From contig OZ219747.1 of assembly GCA_964291265.2 (NCBI GenBank), forward strand, positions 160,001-224,000: a stretch of DNA of 64,000 nucleotides, given 5' to 3'. How positions within the stretch are numbered: position 1 is the stretch's first letter; each line of letters begins with the position of its first letter. The notes under the pieces are model-generated. The model saw nothing but the letters and a program-made list of their open reading frames with translations. It was not told the origin of the DNA and did no database searches. Origin of the DNA: Alphaproteobacteria bacterium (lineage in GTDB: Bacteria > Pseudomonadota > Alphaproteobacteria > SP197). Shown one piece after another: positions 44,559 through 54,091 of this stretch. A program made the translations under genes and the position numbers.

Positions 44559-46571
44559 TCACATGTGATCGCGTGGAACGGATTCGTTCCACTGGCGCTC
44601 CAGAAAGCGCCTGCCATGGTCGAACGCCTCGAGGGTGGCGACGATGTGAAAGGCCTCGCAATCGCAGGTGACGGTGATCCGCGTATCGGTCGCGGGCTGC
44701 CAGTCGTCCCGCTCCGCCTTGACGATGCGAATCATGTCGGTGCGCGCGCTCGCAGGATCGTCCTCGCGGATGCGGAAGATCTCTTCCGCCTTCTTCGACA
44801 CCACGAGATCGATGTCGTCGAGACGGACACGGCCGCTGTCGTCGATGCGGTGGAGCCGCACTTCGTTCAGGCCCAGGTCTTTCGTGACTGTCAGGCTCGC
44901 ATCTCCCTTCTCGAGCACGGTCACCGGGTGATCCGCCGCAAACTCGGGCCCGACGGGAGCGGTGGCGACCAACGGATCCCGGATCACCGGCAGTTGAAGC
45001 AGGGACCCTGCAACATTGAGCGTCAGCGTCGCCGTTTCCGGCGACGGCCAGACCATGGGCCAGTAGCCGGTTGCGATGGCGAGGCGTATCCTGCTGCCCG
45101 GACGAAAGCGCCATGCCGTGTCGTTCAGCTTCACGACAATGCGCTCGCTTTCTCCGGGAATCATGCCACGGGGCCATTCGTGGGAATGGCGGTGCGCGAG
45201 ATTGAGAAGACCGAAACTCACCCGGGCCGAACGACCTTCCGGCGTGACCTCGCAGAGCCGAACGGCTACCTGGGCCTGGGCACGGTCGCTGGCGACTTCG
45301 AGTGTCACCTCCGGAGCACCGAGGATGGACAGCGGTTCAGCGAGAACCGTGCTGTCGAAGATCAGCGACAGCATGTCGTCCACCGCCTGGTCGGAGGCGA
45401 ATTCCGGACCGAGACCGCCGCCGTCCCGGGGGCACCATTCACCCCCGGCCAGACCGCACGAAAGCGGTGTCGCGACACGATGCACCAGATCCCGGGTCGG
45501 TGTGCTGTCGAGTGTCGCGTCGCCGAGAAAGAAGGAGCGTGACGACGTCGCCGGCGGCCATCCGTCCAGACTCATCCAGTGACCGCCGATCACCGGGTGC
45601 ATCGGGTGAGGCGTCGACTCCTCCTGCATCCACACGGTGAGCGCCGGCTCGTGGTCGATACCGTTCTCCATGCCCTTCAGCCAGCGGTCCCACCATCGCA
45701 GGGTCTCCTGGAGGAAACCCACCGGCTCGCCTGGAAATCCGAAATGGGGATAGACGTGGGTCCAGGGTCCGACGAGGGCACGCCGGGGCGCCTGCAGTCT
45801 TTCCATCATGCGCAGGGCCGCGTTGGTGTAGCCGTCAGTCCAGCCGCCCGTGACGAAGACCGCGGCCTCGATGGCGGCCGGGTCCTCGACGATCGAACCG
45901 TGTTTCCAGAAGGCGTCGCGGCGCTGGTGGCGGAACCAGTCGATGAGCGGGCACCCCGTGGACTCGAGGCGCTCACGCCACATCTCCCGCCACGCGTCAC
46001 CGACGATGAGAGGATCCGGCCAGCGAGACAGGCACGAGAAGAGGCCGCTGCCCCAGCTGATGCCATCGTTGAGCAGGCAGCCACCCATATAGTGAACATC
46101 GTCACGGTACCTGTCGTCCGTGGAACAGCAGGTCACGATCGCCTTGAGCGACGGCGGGCGACGGGCAGCGACCTGGAGAGCCGCGAAGCCGCCCCAGGAG
46201 ATGCCCACCATGCCGGTAGCGCCGCTGCACCATGGCTGCGCGGCGATCCACGCCAGCGCCTCGCAGAGATCGTCCTGCTCGGAATCGAGGTATTCGTCGA
46301 GAAGCACGCCATCGGAGTCTCCGGAGCCGGCGAGATCGAGACGGATGGCGGCATATCCGTGACCCGCCCACCAGGGATGAGTTACCGCGTCCTGAACGAT
46401 GGTTCCGTCGAGCCGCCTGTAGGGAATCGCCTCGACGACGGCCGGCACCGTGTCATGGCCGCTGTCGACAGGGAGCCACATGCGCCCGGCGAGGCATCGT
46501 CCCCGCGACACCGGAACACGAAGGCAGCGTTCCTCGTGAATCTCTCGCGGAAACTCCGTGCGAACCGTCAT
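44559..46571 (-). CDS. CocE/NonD family hydrolase
   Basis: PYRR, GMVGISWGG, GGWTDGY, GPWTH; C-terminal PepX-like domain. Confidence 0.9.
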   Translation of the reverse strand: MTVRTEFPREIHEERCLRVPVSRGRCLAGRMWLPVDSGHDTVPAVVEAIPYRRLDGTIVQDAVTHPWWAGHGYAAIRLDLAGSGDSDGVLLDEYLDSEQDDLCEALAWIAAQPWCSGATGMVGISWGGFAALQVAARRPPSLKAIVTCCSTDDRYRDDVHYMGGCLLNDGISWGSGLFSCLSRWPDPLIVGDAWREMWRERLESTGCPLIDWFRHQRRDAFWKHGSIVEDPAAIEAAVFVTGGWTDGYTNAALRMMERLQAPRRALVGPWTHVYPHFGFPGEPVGFLQETLRWWDRWLKGMENGIDHEPALTVWMQEESTPHPMHPVIGGHWMSLDGWPPATSSRSFFLGDATLDSTPTRDLVHRVATPLSCGLAGGEWCPRDGGGLGPEFASDQAVDDMLSLIFDSTVLAEPLSILGAPEVTLEVASDRAQAQVAVRLCEVTPEGRSARVSFGLLNLAHRHSHEWPRGMIPGESERIVVKLNDTAWRFRPGSRIRLAIATGYWPMVWPSPETATLTLNVAGSLLQLPVIRDPLVATAPVGPEFAADHPVTVLEKGDASLTVTKDLGLNEVRLHRIDDSGRVRLDDIDLVVSKKAEEIFRIREDDPASARTDMIRIVKAERDDWQPATDTRITVTCDCEAFHIVATLEAFDHGRRFLERQWNESVPRDHM

Positions 46572-46704
46572 GCCGGGATCCTAGACTGCACGGATCACCA
46601 TGCCAATCGACCCGAGCCGAAACCGGCAGTATTCACCGTGATCGACGTGATCGACCTTCCCCCTTGCGGATTCACCACACCGCCGTGGCCCGACGCTCCC
46701 TGGC

Positions 46705-48138
46705 TCAGGAGAGGGCAAGCACGGGACGGCGTTCCGGGCAGTCGAGCCAGGGACGTCGTTCCTCCAGCACATGGCCGATGCGAAACACCGAACCGTCGGC
46801 GAAGGGCCGGCCGATGACCTGGATGCCAGTCGGAAGGTCGTCGGCGGTCAACCCTGACGGCACCGCAAGCACCGGTGAATGGCCGAACATGTTCCACAGC
46901 ACCGTCATGGCGGTCTGGGTGTCGGTGACATCCTTGCCATTGACGTTGATGGTGTCCTGTTGCCACGCCGTCGCCGGAAGGTGCGGGCAGGATACCGTGG
47001 GCGTGATGAAGGCGTCATGGCGCTCGAAGAGGGGGCCGAGATGGTCGTTCCAGACCTCGCCGGCAACATCCAGGGATCGACGGTAGTCGGAGGCCGTGAA
47101 GCGTCTGGTGGTTGCCACGAGTTCTGGCATGTAGTCGCTGACGATATCGCCATACTTCTCAAGGATTTCCGCGAATGCATCGGCCGCGAGAAACTCCTGA
47201 CCGCCATGACCGAGACGAATCGCCTCTTCAGCCCAGTCCACCGGCACCTCGGTGATGATCGCGCCGGCATCCTCGAGGGCTGTCAGGGCCAGACGGGTCT
47301 GACGTTCCACCTCGGCGGTGACCTCGTAGCAACCGAGATCGATCGAAAAGGCAATCTTCATGCCGGCAATGCTGTCGGGGTCTTCCGGTACCGTGACCCT
47401 GTCGGCGAGACTGTTGTGATCGAGGGGATGAGGACCGGACATGAGGTTGGCCATCCACGCCGCGTCCTTCACCGAACGGGTCATGGGACCATGATGCAGG
47501 TACATGGCAAAACTGCTCGGTCCGGGCATGGGAATGCGCCCGAAAGGCGCCTGCCAGCCGACGACCCCGCACTGGCTTGCCGGCTGCCGGATCGAGCCCG
47601 TGCTGTCGCCACCGGTAGCGATGGTGGCGGCGCCGGCGGCGAGGGCAGCGGCCGAACCACCGGAGGAGCCGCCAGGGGAGATGCCATGGCGCCAGGGGTT
47701 GTTGGTAACACCCCACAGGCGTGAATGGGTCGTATAGAGCCATCCGAACTCGGGCATCGTCGTGCGGGCGAAGAGGATCGCGCCGGCCTCCAGGAGCCTC
47801 GAGATGCCGGGATCGGTCACCTCGTCGACGTGATCCCTGTAGACCATCGAGCCCTTCGCCGACTTCCTGCCGGCGATACGCGCGGAGTCCTTGACCGCCA
47901 GGGGAACGCCGGCGAGCGGTGCGGGGTCCGCGCCGCCGCCCATGAAGGCTTTCTCGGCCTCCCTTGCCTGCCAGCGAGCCTCGTCGAAGTAGCAGTCGCC
48001 GAACGGGTTGATGGTATCGGAAATGGCCTCGGCCCGCTCGATCAGGGCCTCCAGCAGGTCCACCGGTGACAATGTCCGCTCCCGAAAGCACCGTGCCGCC
48101 TCGAAGGCAGACATGTAGTTGAGGTCATCATCGCCCAT
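46705..48138 (-). CDS. Amidase-signature family enzyme
   Basis: GVPLAVKD, PGGSSGGSAAA, GGDSTGSIRQPA. Confidence 0.92.
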   Translation of the reverse strand: MGDDDLNYMSAFEAARCFRERTLSPVDLLEALIERAEAISDTINPFGDCYFDEARWQAREAEKAFMGGGADPAPLAGVPLAVKDSARIAGRKSAKGSMVYRDHVDEVTDPGISRLLEAGAILFARTTMPEFGWLYTTHSRLWGVTNNPWRHGISPGGSSGGSAAALAAGAATIATGGDSTGSIRQPASQCGVVGWQAPFGRIPMPGPSSFAMYLHHGPMTRSVKDAAWMANLMSGPHPLDHNSLADRVTVPEDPDSIAGMKIAFSIDLGCYEVTAEVERQTRLALTALEDAGAIITEVPVDWAEEAIRLGHGGQEFLAADAFAEILEKYGDIVSDYMPELVATTRRFTASDYRRSLDVAGEVWNDHLGPLFERHDAFITPTVSCPHLPATAWQQDTINVNGKDVTDTQTAMTVLWNMFGHSPVLAVPSGLTADDLPTGIQVIGRPFADGSVFRIGHVLEERRPWLDCPERRPVLALS

Positions 48139-48239
48139 CACCGTACTCCCGTCCCCTGCAGGCACCCAGCCGAACCAGCAGACTTGACGCTGACCGGGTC
48201 AAGGCTGCAAGGAAGGGCCGCCACGGAAGAGTGCAATCC

Positions 48240-49412
48240 ATGACACGCCCCAACCGCCCGGGGTTCGCCTCCCGCGCGATCCACGCCGGCCAGTCGCCCG
48301 ATCCCTCGACCGGCGCCATCATGACACCGATCTATGCCACGTCGACCTATGTTCAGGAGAGCCCGGGCGTCCACAAGGGATATGAGTACTCAAGGTCCCA
48401 GAATCCGACACGCGGGGCCCTCGAGACCTGCGTCGCCGATCTCGAGAACGGCAGCCGGGGCTTCGCCTTCGCCTCCGGGCTCGCTGCCACGTCGACAGTT
48501 CTGGAACTGCTGGAGTCGGGGAGCCATGTGGTGGCGGGGAATGACCTCTACGGCGGCACCCGCAGGCTGTTCACCGGGGTCCGCCAGGAAAGCGCCGGAC
48601 TGTCGTTCAGCTTTGTCGACATGACCGACGAGGCGGCCCTGCGCGCCGCCACGACTCGTGCGACCCGGATGATCTGGGTGGAAACACCGACCAATCCCCT
48701 GCTCTCCGTGGTCGATCTTTCCATGGTGAGCCGTGTTGCCCGCGAAGCCGGATGCATCGCCGTCTGCGACAACACCTTCGCCACGCCGTGGATACAGAGA
48801 CCGCTCGATCACGGTTTCGATCTCGTTGTCCATTCCGTCACCAAGTACCTCAACGGCCATTCGGACATGGTCGGAGGTCTCGTGGTGGCGGCCGACGACA
48901 GCGGTCTCGTCGACCGGCTCGCCTATCTGCAGAACGCCGTCGGTGGCATCCAGGGTCCCTTCGATGCCTTCCTTGCCCTGAGGGGGCTGAAGACCCTGCA
49001 CCTCAGGATGGAGCGTCACTCCGCCAACGCTCTCGCCATCGCCCGGCACCTCGAGAGGCACCCGCGAATCAGGCGCGTCCACTATCCCGGTCTGGCCTCT
49101 CACCCGCAGCACCGCCTCGCATCGACCCAGATGAACACCTACGCAGGCATGGTCTCGGCCGTTCTCGACACCGATCTCGCCGGGACGCGCAGGTTCCTCG
49201 AAGCGTGCCGTCTCTTTGCCCTTGCCGAAAGCCTGGGCGGTGTCGAGAGCCTGATCGAGCACCCCGCCATCATGACCCATGCCTCGGTCCCGGCTGGCGT
49301 ACGCGAGGACCTCGGCATCTCTGACAACCTGGTGCGCCTCTCGGTGGGCGTCGAGGACGAGGCCGACCTCATCGCCGAACTCGACGCCGCACTCGCCTCC
49401 ATCGGCTCCTGA
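48240..49412 (+). CDS. Cystathionine gamma-synthase/lyase (PLP trans-sulfuration enzyme)
   Basis: YSRSQNPT, FASGLAA, ETPTNP, DNTFATP, HSVTKYLNGHSD, AESLGGVESL. Confidence 0.93.
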   Translation: MTRPNRPGFASRAIHAGQSPDPSTGAIMTPIYATSTYVQESPGVHKGYEYSRSQNPTRGALETCVADLENGSRGFAFASGLAATSTVLELLESGSHVVAGNDLYGGTRRLFTGVRQESAGLSFSFVDMTDEAALRAATTRATRMIWVETPTNPLLSVVDLSMVSRVAREAGCIAVCDNTFATPWIQRPLDHGFDLVVHSVTKYLNGHSDMVGGLVVAADDSGLVDRLAYLQNAVGGIQGPFDAFLALRGLKTLHLRMERHSANALAIARHLERHPRIRRVHYPGLASHPQHRLASTQMNTYAGMVSAVLDTDLAGTRRFLEACRLFALAESLGGVESLIEHPAIMTHASVPAGVREDLGISDNLVRLSVGVEDEADLIAELDAALASIGS

Positions 49413-49418
49413 GCCTGC

Positions 49419-49949
49419 AGGTACGACAAGCCATTCGGACATGGTCGAAGGCCCCGCGGTGGCGGTGGACGACAGCGATTTCGTCGACCGGCTCTCCTGT
49501 CTGCGGAACGCCGTCGGTGGCATCCAGGGTCCCTTCGAAGCCTTCCTTGCCCTGAAGGGGCTGAAGACCCTGCAGAACGTTGTCTGGCTGACACGCTCGA
49601 CCTCGCACTTGCCCCTCGAGGGGCATCCGCGAATCGGCCACGACCACCATCCTGGCCTCGCCACGACCTGGCCTCGGCTCGGATGAACATTTTCTGAGGC
49701 CATGGTGGCGGCCGTTCTCGACACCGACCTCGCCGGAAGACGCAGGGTCCTCGAGGCGTGTTGCCTCCTTGCCCTTGCCGAGGGCCCGGACGAGAGCACC
49801 CGGCCGTCATGATGCATGCTCCGGTCCCGGCTGACGTGCACGAGGAACCCTGCATCCCCGACAACCTGGTGCGCCTCTCTCTTGGGGTCGAAGACCTGAA
49901 TGAGCTCATCGCCGAAGCTGTCACCACCCTCGCTGCCATGGATCCGTGA
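49419..49949 (+). pseudogene. Degenerate tandem copy of the 3' half of the trans-sulfuration gene
   Basis: Collinear with about 48843-49412 (GCCATTCGGACATGGTCG, AACGCCGTCGGTGGCATCCAGGGTCCCTTCGA, GACAACCTGGTGCGCCTCTC) but with indels. Confidence 0.88.
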
Positions 49950-50013
49950 ACCGAGCCGGCATCGTCCCGGAAGCGGGCCTGCAGCGAACCACGACGCCAT
50001 CGATGGCGTTGCT

Positions 50014-51393
50014 CTATCGGGGACTCTCGATCCCCAGTTCACGCCACAACCAGGCCGCATCATAGGGGCGCTGCCCATGTCGGGAAGCACGGCGGGCCTC
50101 GATGTTCTCGACATTCCTGAGCCACTCGATCACGTCGCAGCGTCCATCCCCGGCAGCGACATCGCGTGGAGACCCGCGACCCGGCAGGGAGTTCGGGTCA
50201 TCGAGCGCATGGCGGTAGTGCTCATCGAGACAGACCTGTGCAAGCCGTTCCACTTCGTCTGCCCCAAGCAGCAGTTCCTCCGGTGGCGCCGGATGATCCT
50301 GTTTGGCGATCACGGCTTTCAGGTCATCGTGCATGATCGACCCGCGGCCTGCGAGATCGCCCAGAAGGGAGGTCAACACTCCGAGCCCCTGCCTGGCGTC
50401 CTCCTCTGATTCGACGGCCATGACCAGCGTTTCGTCATACAACGCGACGTACCCGATTGCCACGTCCTCGACGGTGGTCTCGGACATGTTGCTTGGGTCT
50501 TGACGCGACCACCCCGTGGCCGGAATGGAGACCCAATTCCAACCCGCATCACCATCGGGCTCGAATGCACCGTCTGCGTCGAGCAAGGCGATCACGCGAT
50601 CCCTGTCCCCGACAACGGGGAAGCACACCAGGATCAACGCCGCTACCTCGTCATCGGCCTCGCTCGACTCCACCGCCTCGGCGGCCATGGCCTCAAGGAC
50701 CGCACGCGTTATACAGATATGCGAGAACATGATGGCGACGGGCAAGAGGCGCAAGACCACGTCATGAACCGTTTCCGCCGTCGGCGTGTGATCACCCTTT
50801 CCGCCGTTGTCATCAAGTCTCTCCGTCACCTGCGCCACCGCACCCCTGAACCAGGAAACGATCGCAACCGGCGCCTCCTGCGAGAACACGAGTGTTGCGG
50901 GAGTGAACTGGAGGGTTCCCTCCACCCGGATGATACGGGCAGCCAGGCAATCATCAATCTCCGCCTCGCGGGAGACAGTCTTCTCCTCCACGGTCACCGT
51001 TTCGCCGCCTCGAACGAGATCGCGCACCGATATGCTCTGGCCCGGCACGACATCGACGACCTCATAGCAGACCAGGGACGAATCACGCAGCGCCTCAAGG
51101 AAGCGTCGGGCCGAGTACACCTCGCGCCAACCACGGCGCTTGAGAAAGTCGTCGATGATGTTGACTCCCTCATCACCAAAGCGGGTGGTGAGGAAGTCCT
51201 CAAAAATGAAAAGCTGCACCGACTCGAGATCGATGTCATCGAGCCTTGCGGGTGGAACGCCGTATATGTCTTCGAAGTCGGAGAGACATTCATAATGCGC
51301 CTCTCTCAACATCTCCAGGCGCTGCGCCCATTCGTCACGCTCCGCCCATGCGAAGAGGTTCCTGATGGCTTTCAGGGTGCTGTCGTTCAACAT
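50014..51393 (-). CDS. Hypothetical acidic protein with a possible C-terminal Xre/MbcA/ParS-like motif
   Basis: 459-aa ORF; C-terminal ALDDPNSLPGRGSPRD..WLWRELG. Confidence 0.7.
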   Translation of the reverse strand: MLNDSTLKAIRNLFAWAERDEWAQRLEMLREAHYECLSDFEDIYGVPPARLDDIDLESVQLFIFEDFLTTRFGDEGVNIIDDFLKRRGWREVYSARRFLEALRDSSLVCYEVVDVVPGQSISVRDLVRGGETVTVEEKTVSREAEIDDCLAARIIRVEGTLQFTPATLVFSQEAPVAIVSWFRGAVAQVTERLDDNGGKGDHTPTAETVHDVVLRLLPVAIMFSHICITRAVLEAMAAEAVESSEADDEVAALILVCFPVVGDRDRVIALLDADGAFEPDGDAGWNWVSIPATGWSRQDPSNMSETTVEDVAIGYVALYDETLVMAVESEEDARQGLGVLTSLLGDLAGRGSIMHDDLKAVIAKQDHPAPPEELLLGADEVERLAQVCLDEHYRHALDDPNSLPGRGSPRDVAAGDGRCDVIEWLRNVENIEARRASRHGQRPYDAAWLWRELGIESPR

Positions 51394-51998
51394 GCATGCT
51401 CACACGGCGTTTGGTCGAGCGTAGTCATTGCCATGCCCAAGGACAACTCAGAAGATCCAATGTCGGCGCCCGGGAACCTCGATCCCAGGATGACGCCAGG
51501 TCGCAGTGTCGTCGTCCTGCCGGGGGCACGCCGTCTGGCGAGACCCTTCGCGTGCCCGCCATCATGATCCGTGCTCCGGTTCCGAACGATCTGCGCGGGA
51601 TTCCTGGAGTCACCGGCCGCGTGCCGCGCCTCTCTGCCTGTCAGGAAGACGAGTCCCATCCCATCGCCACCGTCGACGAAATCGCGTCATCCAGGGTATC
51701 GCGATCCCGAGTTCGCGCCGTATCCAGACCGCAGGGGCGCTGCCTTGACCGCGAGGCGCGCCGGGAATCGGTGCGATCACCTGGGCGCGACCCTCTCCGG
51801 TGGTCAGTCAGCGTTCGGTCACGCAGTGACGGGGGCATCATGGAACCGAGCGAATGCGGGCGAGACCCGGGGACATGTGCGCAGTTGCCACCGTCATCCT
51901 CATCATCCTGTGAGCGAACGCTCACAGCGTACTTCGTGTCATCAACCCGGGAGTTCGCGCCCGTCTGGTCAAAGCGCAGGCACGGTCCAGGGACATGC

Positions 51999-52973
51999 CT
52001 ATCCCGGCAGCCATTCGGGCAGCGCGGCACGCAGAGGGCGGATGTACTCCAGTTCGATCCCGCAACACCCGCCGATCACCTGTACGCCTCGCGAGACCCA
52101 GCGCTCGGCCCGCGCCACGAACTCATCGGGCGTTATCCTGGTCTCGACGGAGTCGTTTCGGTGGGCGTCGACATAGTCCGTTCGCTCCGCTTCCGGGTAG
52201 ACACAGATCGGGCCATTCCAGTGCGCCCTGACCGCGTCAATTGCTGCTTCGGTGGCGTCCACCGGCGAGTGGAACACGGCGACGACCTCGCCTCCGAGAG
52301 CGGCGAGTGAGGCGAACTCGGCGTCGAAGGCCTCGGCGGACATGTAGCCCACCTTGAGAGCGCCGTCGGCGGAATCCTTGCGGCACTTGAAGCCGGACCA
52401 CACGGGAAGACCCGTGGCCAGGCATTCCTCGATGACCCAGCGGCGCTGCACGGTGCTGCCGGTCGATTCGGCGATCAGGAAGTCCACTCCGGCCTCGGCA
52501 AGGATCTCCGCCTGCTCGCGGAGATTGGTGCGGGCCTGGGCATCGCTCGTCTCCTGGCGTCCACGGAAGTACTCGAAGTCCTGCCAACCCGGCTCCGCGC
52601 CGGCCATGAGCCCATAGCTCGAGACCGAGCCGCCGATCCACACTTCTCTCTCCTTCGCCCGGCCGTCGCGGGCGTCCTGGGCCAGCATGACGGCGCGCAG
52701 GTTGAGCTCGTGCACCTTGTCCCCCAGACCGATTGGCAGGAGGTTGTGCCTGGCGCTGGAGTAGGTGTTGGTGGTGATGACGTCGACGCCGGCCTCTATG
52801 TAGAGCTCATGCATGCGCCGCACCGTGAACGGATGGGACTCCAGCGCGATAGCCGCCCACGCATCATGGCTCATGGGCACCTCCATCCTCTGGAGCTGGG
52901 TGCCAATGGCCCCGTCGAGAATGATGACCTCGCGCCCCTCGATCCGTGCCCTCAGGCCCGCGTACTCGCTCAT
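51999..52973 (-). CDS. Homocysteine S-methyltransferase family protein
   Basis: ILDGAIGTQL, AGVDVITTNTY, IGGCCG. Confidence 0.88.
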   Translation of the reverse strand: MSEYAGLRARIEGREVIILDGAIGTQLQRMEVPMSHDAWAAIALESHPFTVRRMHELYIEAGVDVITTNTYSSARHNLLPIGLGDKVHELNLRAVMLAQDARDGRAKEREVWIGGSVSSYGLMAGAEPGWQDFEYFRGRQETSDAQARTNLREQAEILAEAGVDFLIAESTGSTVQRRWVIEECLATGLPVWSGFKCRKDSADGALKVGYMSAEAFDAEFASLAALGGEVVAVFHSPVDATEAAIDAVRAHWNGPICVYPEAERTDYVDAHRNDSVETRITPDEFVARAERWVSRGVQVIGGCCGIELEYIRPLRAALPEWLPG

Positions 52974-53229
52974 CGGTTGAATCCTCCCAGACCTTGACCG
53001 ACCCGTCGAAAACTCACGGTTCGCATTTCAAGCCGGAATCAGGTCTCCCGCAACAGGACGAGGCCTTCCGGTGACGCGATTCTATCATGATGTCGATTGC
53101 ACGGGACATTCCCTCGAGTTCCTGCTGTCGCAGCCGGCCGGTCTACGCTTGCTGCCCCCTTTGCCGGCCGTGGCTGCGGTGGCTGCGTGGTGCCGGGTAG
53201 ACGGCGGCCCTGCGACGCCCCGCCGCCCG

Positions 53230-53650
53230 GTCGCGGCAGGAATGCGCATTGCTGCGCAACCCCCCGCACAGAGCCGGACTTGGACGTTCATCCATCCGGC
53301 TCCTGTCTCGGGTGCTTGACGGCAAACCTCTGGTCCGACCACGGGTGGCGGATGGATAGGCACGGCCAAGGAAGATCGGTCATGCGCACCCAATCGCTTG
53401 CAGTCGAAACGGTGGTGCCGGGAGCGGCGGCGTATCGCCCGCAACCACAGGCGTTGCAGCCTGCGGCAGAACGTGCTCAGCCATCGGGCCGACGCCTTGG
53501 ACGGCGATGTCGTTGAGCCAGCCTTGACAGACCCGCTCAAGCCACATGCCGACCTCAGGATGTCGTGATGCCAGCGTTTGCGAAGCACCTCCTCGATGCG
53601 CGCCAGGGTTCCTTGGGACCAAGCCCGAAGCGTCCTCTCCGGGTCTCCGC
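53230..53650 (-). mobile_element. Group II intron remnant (decayed RT/maturase C-terminus plus domains V-VI)
   Basis: DV GAGCCGGATGGATGAACGTCCAAGTCCGGCTC (53302-53271); DVI GGGGGTTGCGCAGCAATGCGCATTCCTGCCGCGAC; upstream fragments TRRGRFGLG, LARIEEVLRKRWH, LWLRAIRRRS. Confidence 0.8.
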
Positions 53651-54091
53651 GATGGTCATGTCCGGACTGTCCCCGGGGAATCTTGAAGCCGTGACGGGGC
53701 CGCCGAGGGGCCAAGGGCGCATACGGAACGGTTGGGAAAGTCCGGCGCAGGGCGCAACATGCGCCTCAAGCAGCATCGCCTCCGCAAGCGTCGGCAGAAC
53801 CCTGCGCACCGACGCAAGGCACGGTGTGCCGCCGCCACCGTGCCAGTGTTCACGCTCGCACGGTTCGCAAGCGCCGTCTGCGTCAGGCTCCCGTCCCTGG
53901 CAGGCCGTGGCGAACCACTCCACCGTCCCCGAAGAAGACTGACGCATGCCGATCCGCATGGGCGCGTGAGTCGCACGGAATCAGGTGCGAGTTGAGTACG
54001 TGTTGTTGATGGGCCCGGAAGTGTGGCCTTCTGCGGGGAAGTGGACTAAACAGAACGGAACCTGACAAGACCTGCCAACGAGGATCCCGTC

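Noticed and set aside
48843-49949. Gene/copy pair as a DGR variable and template repeat
   Set aside because: Differences are not adenine-specific and include many indels, and there is no intact reverse transcriptase
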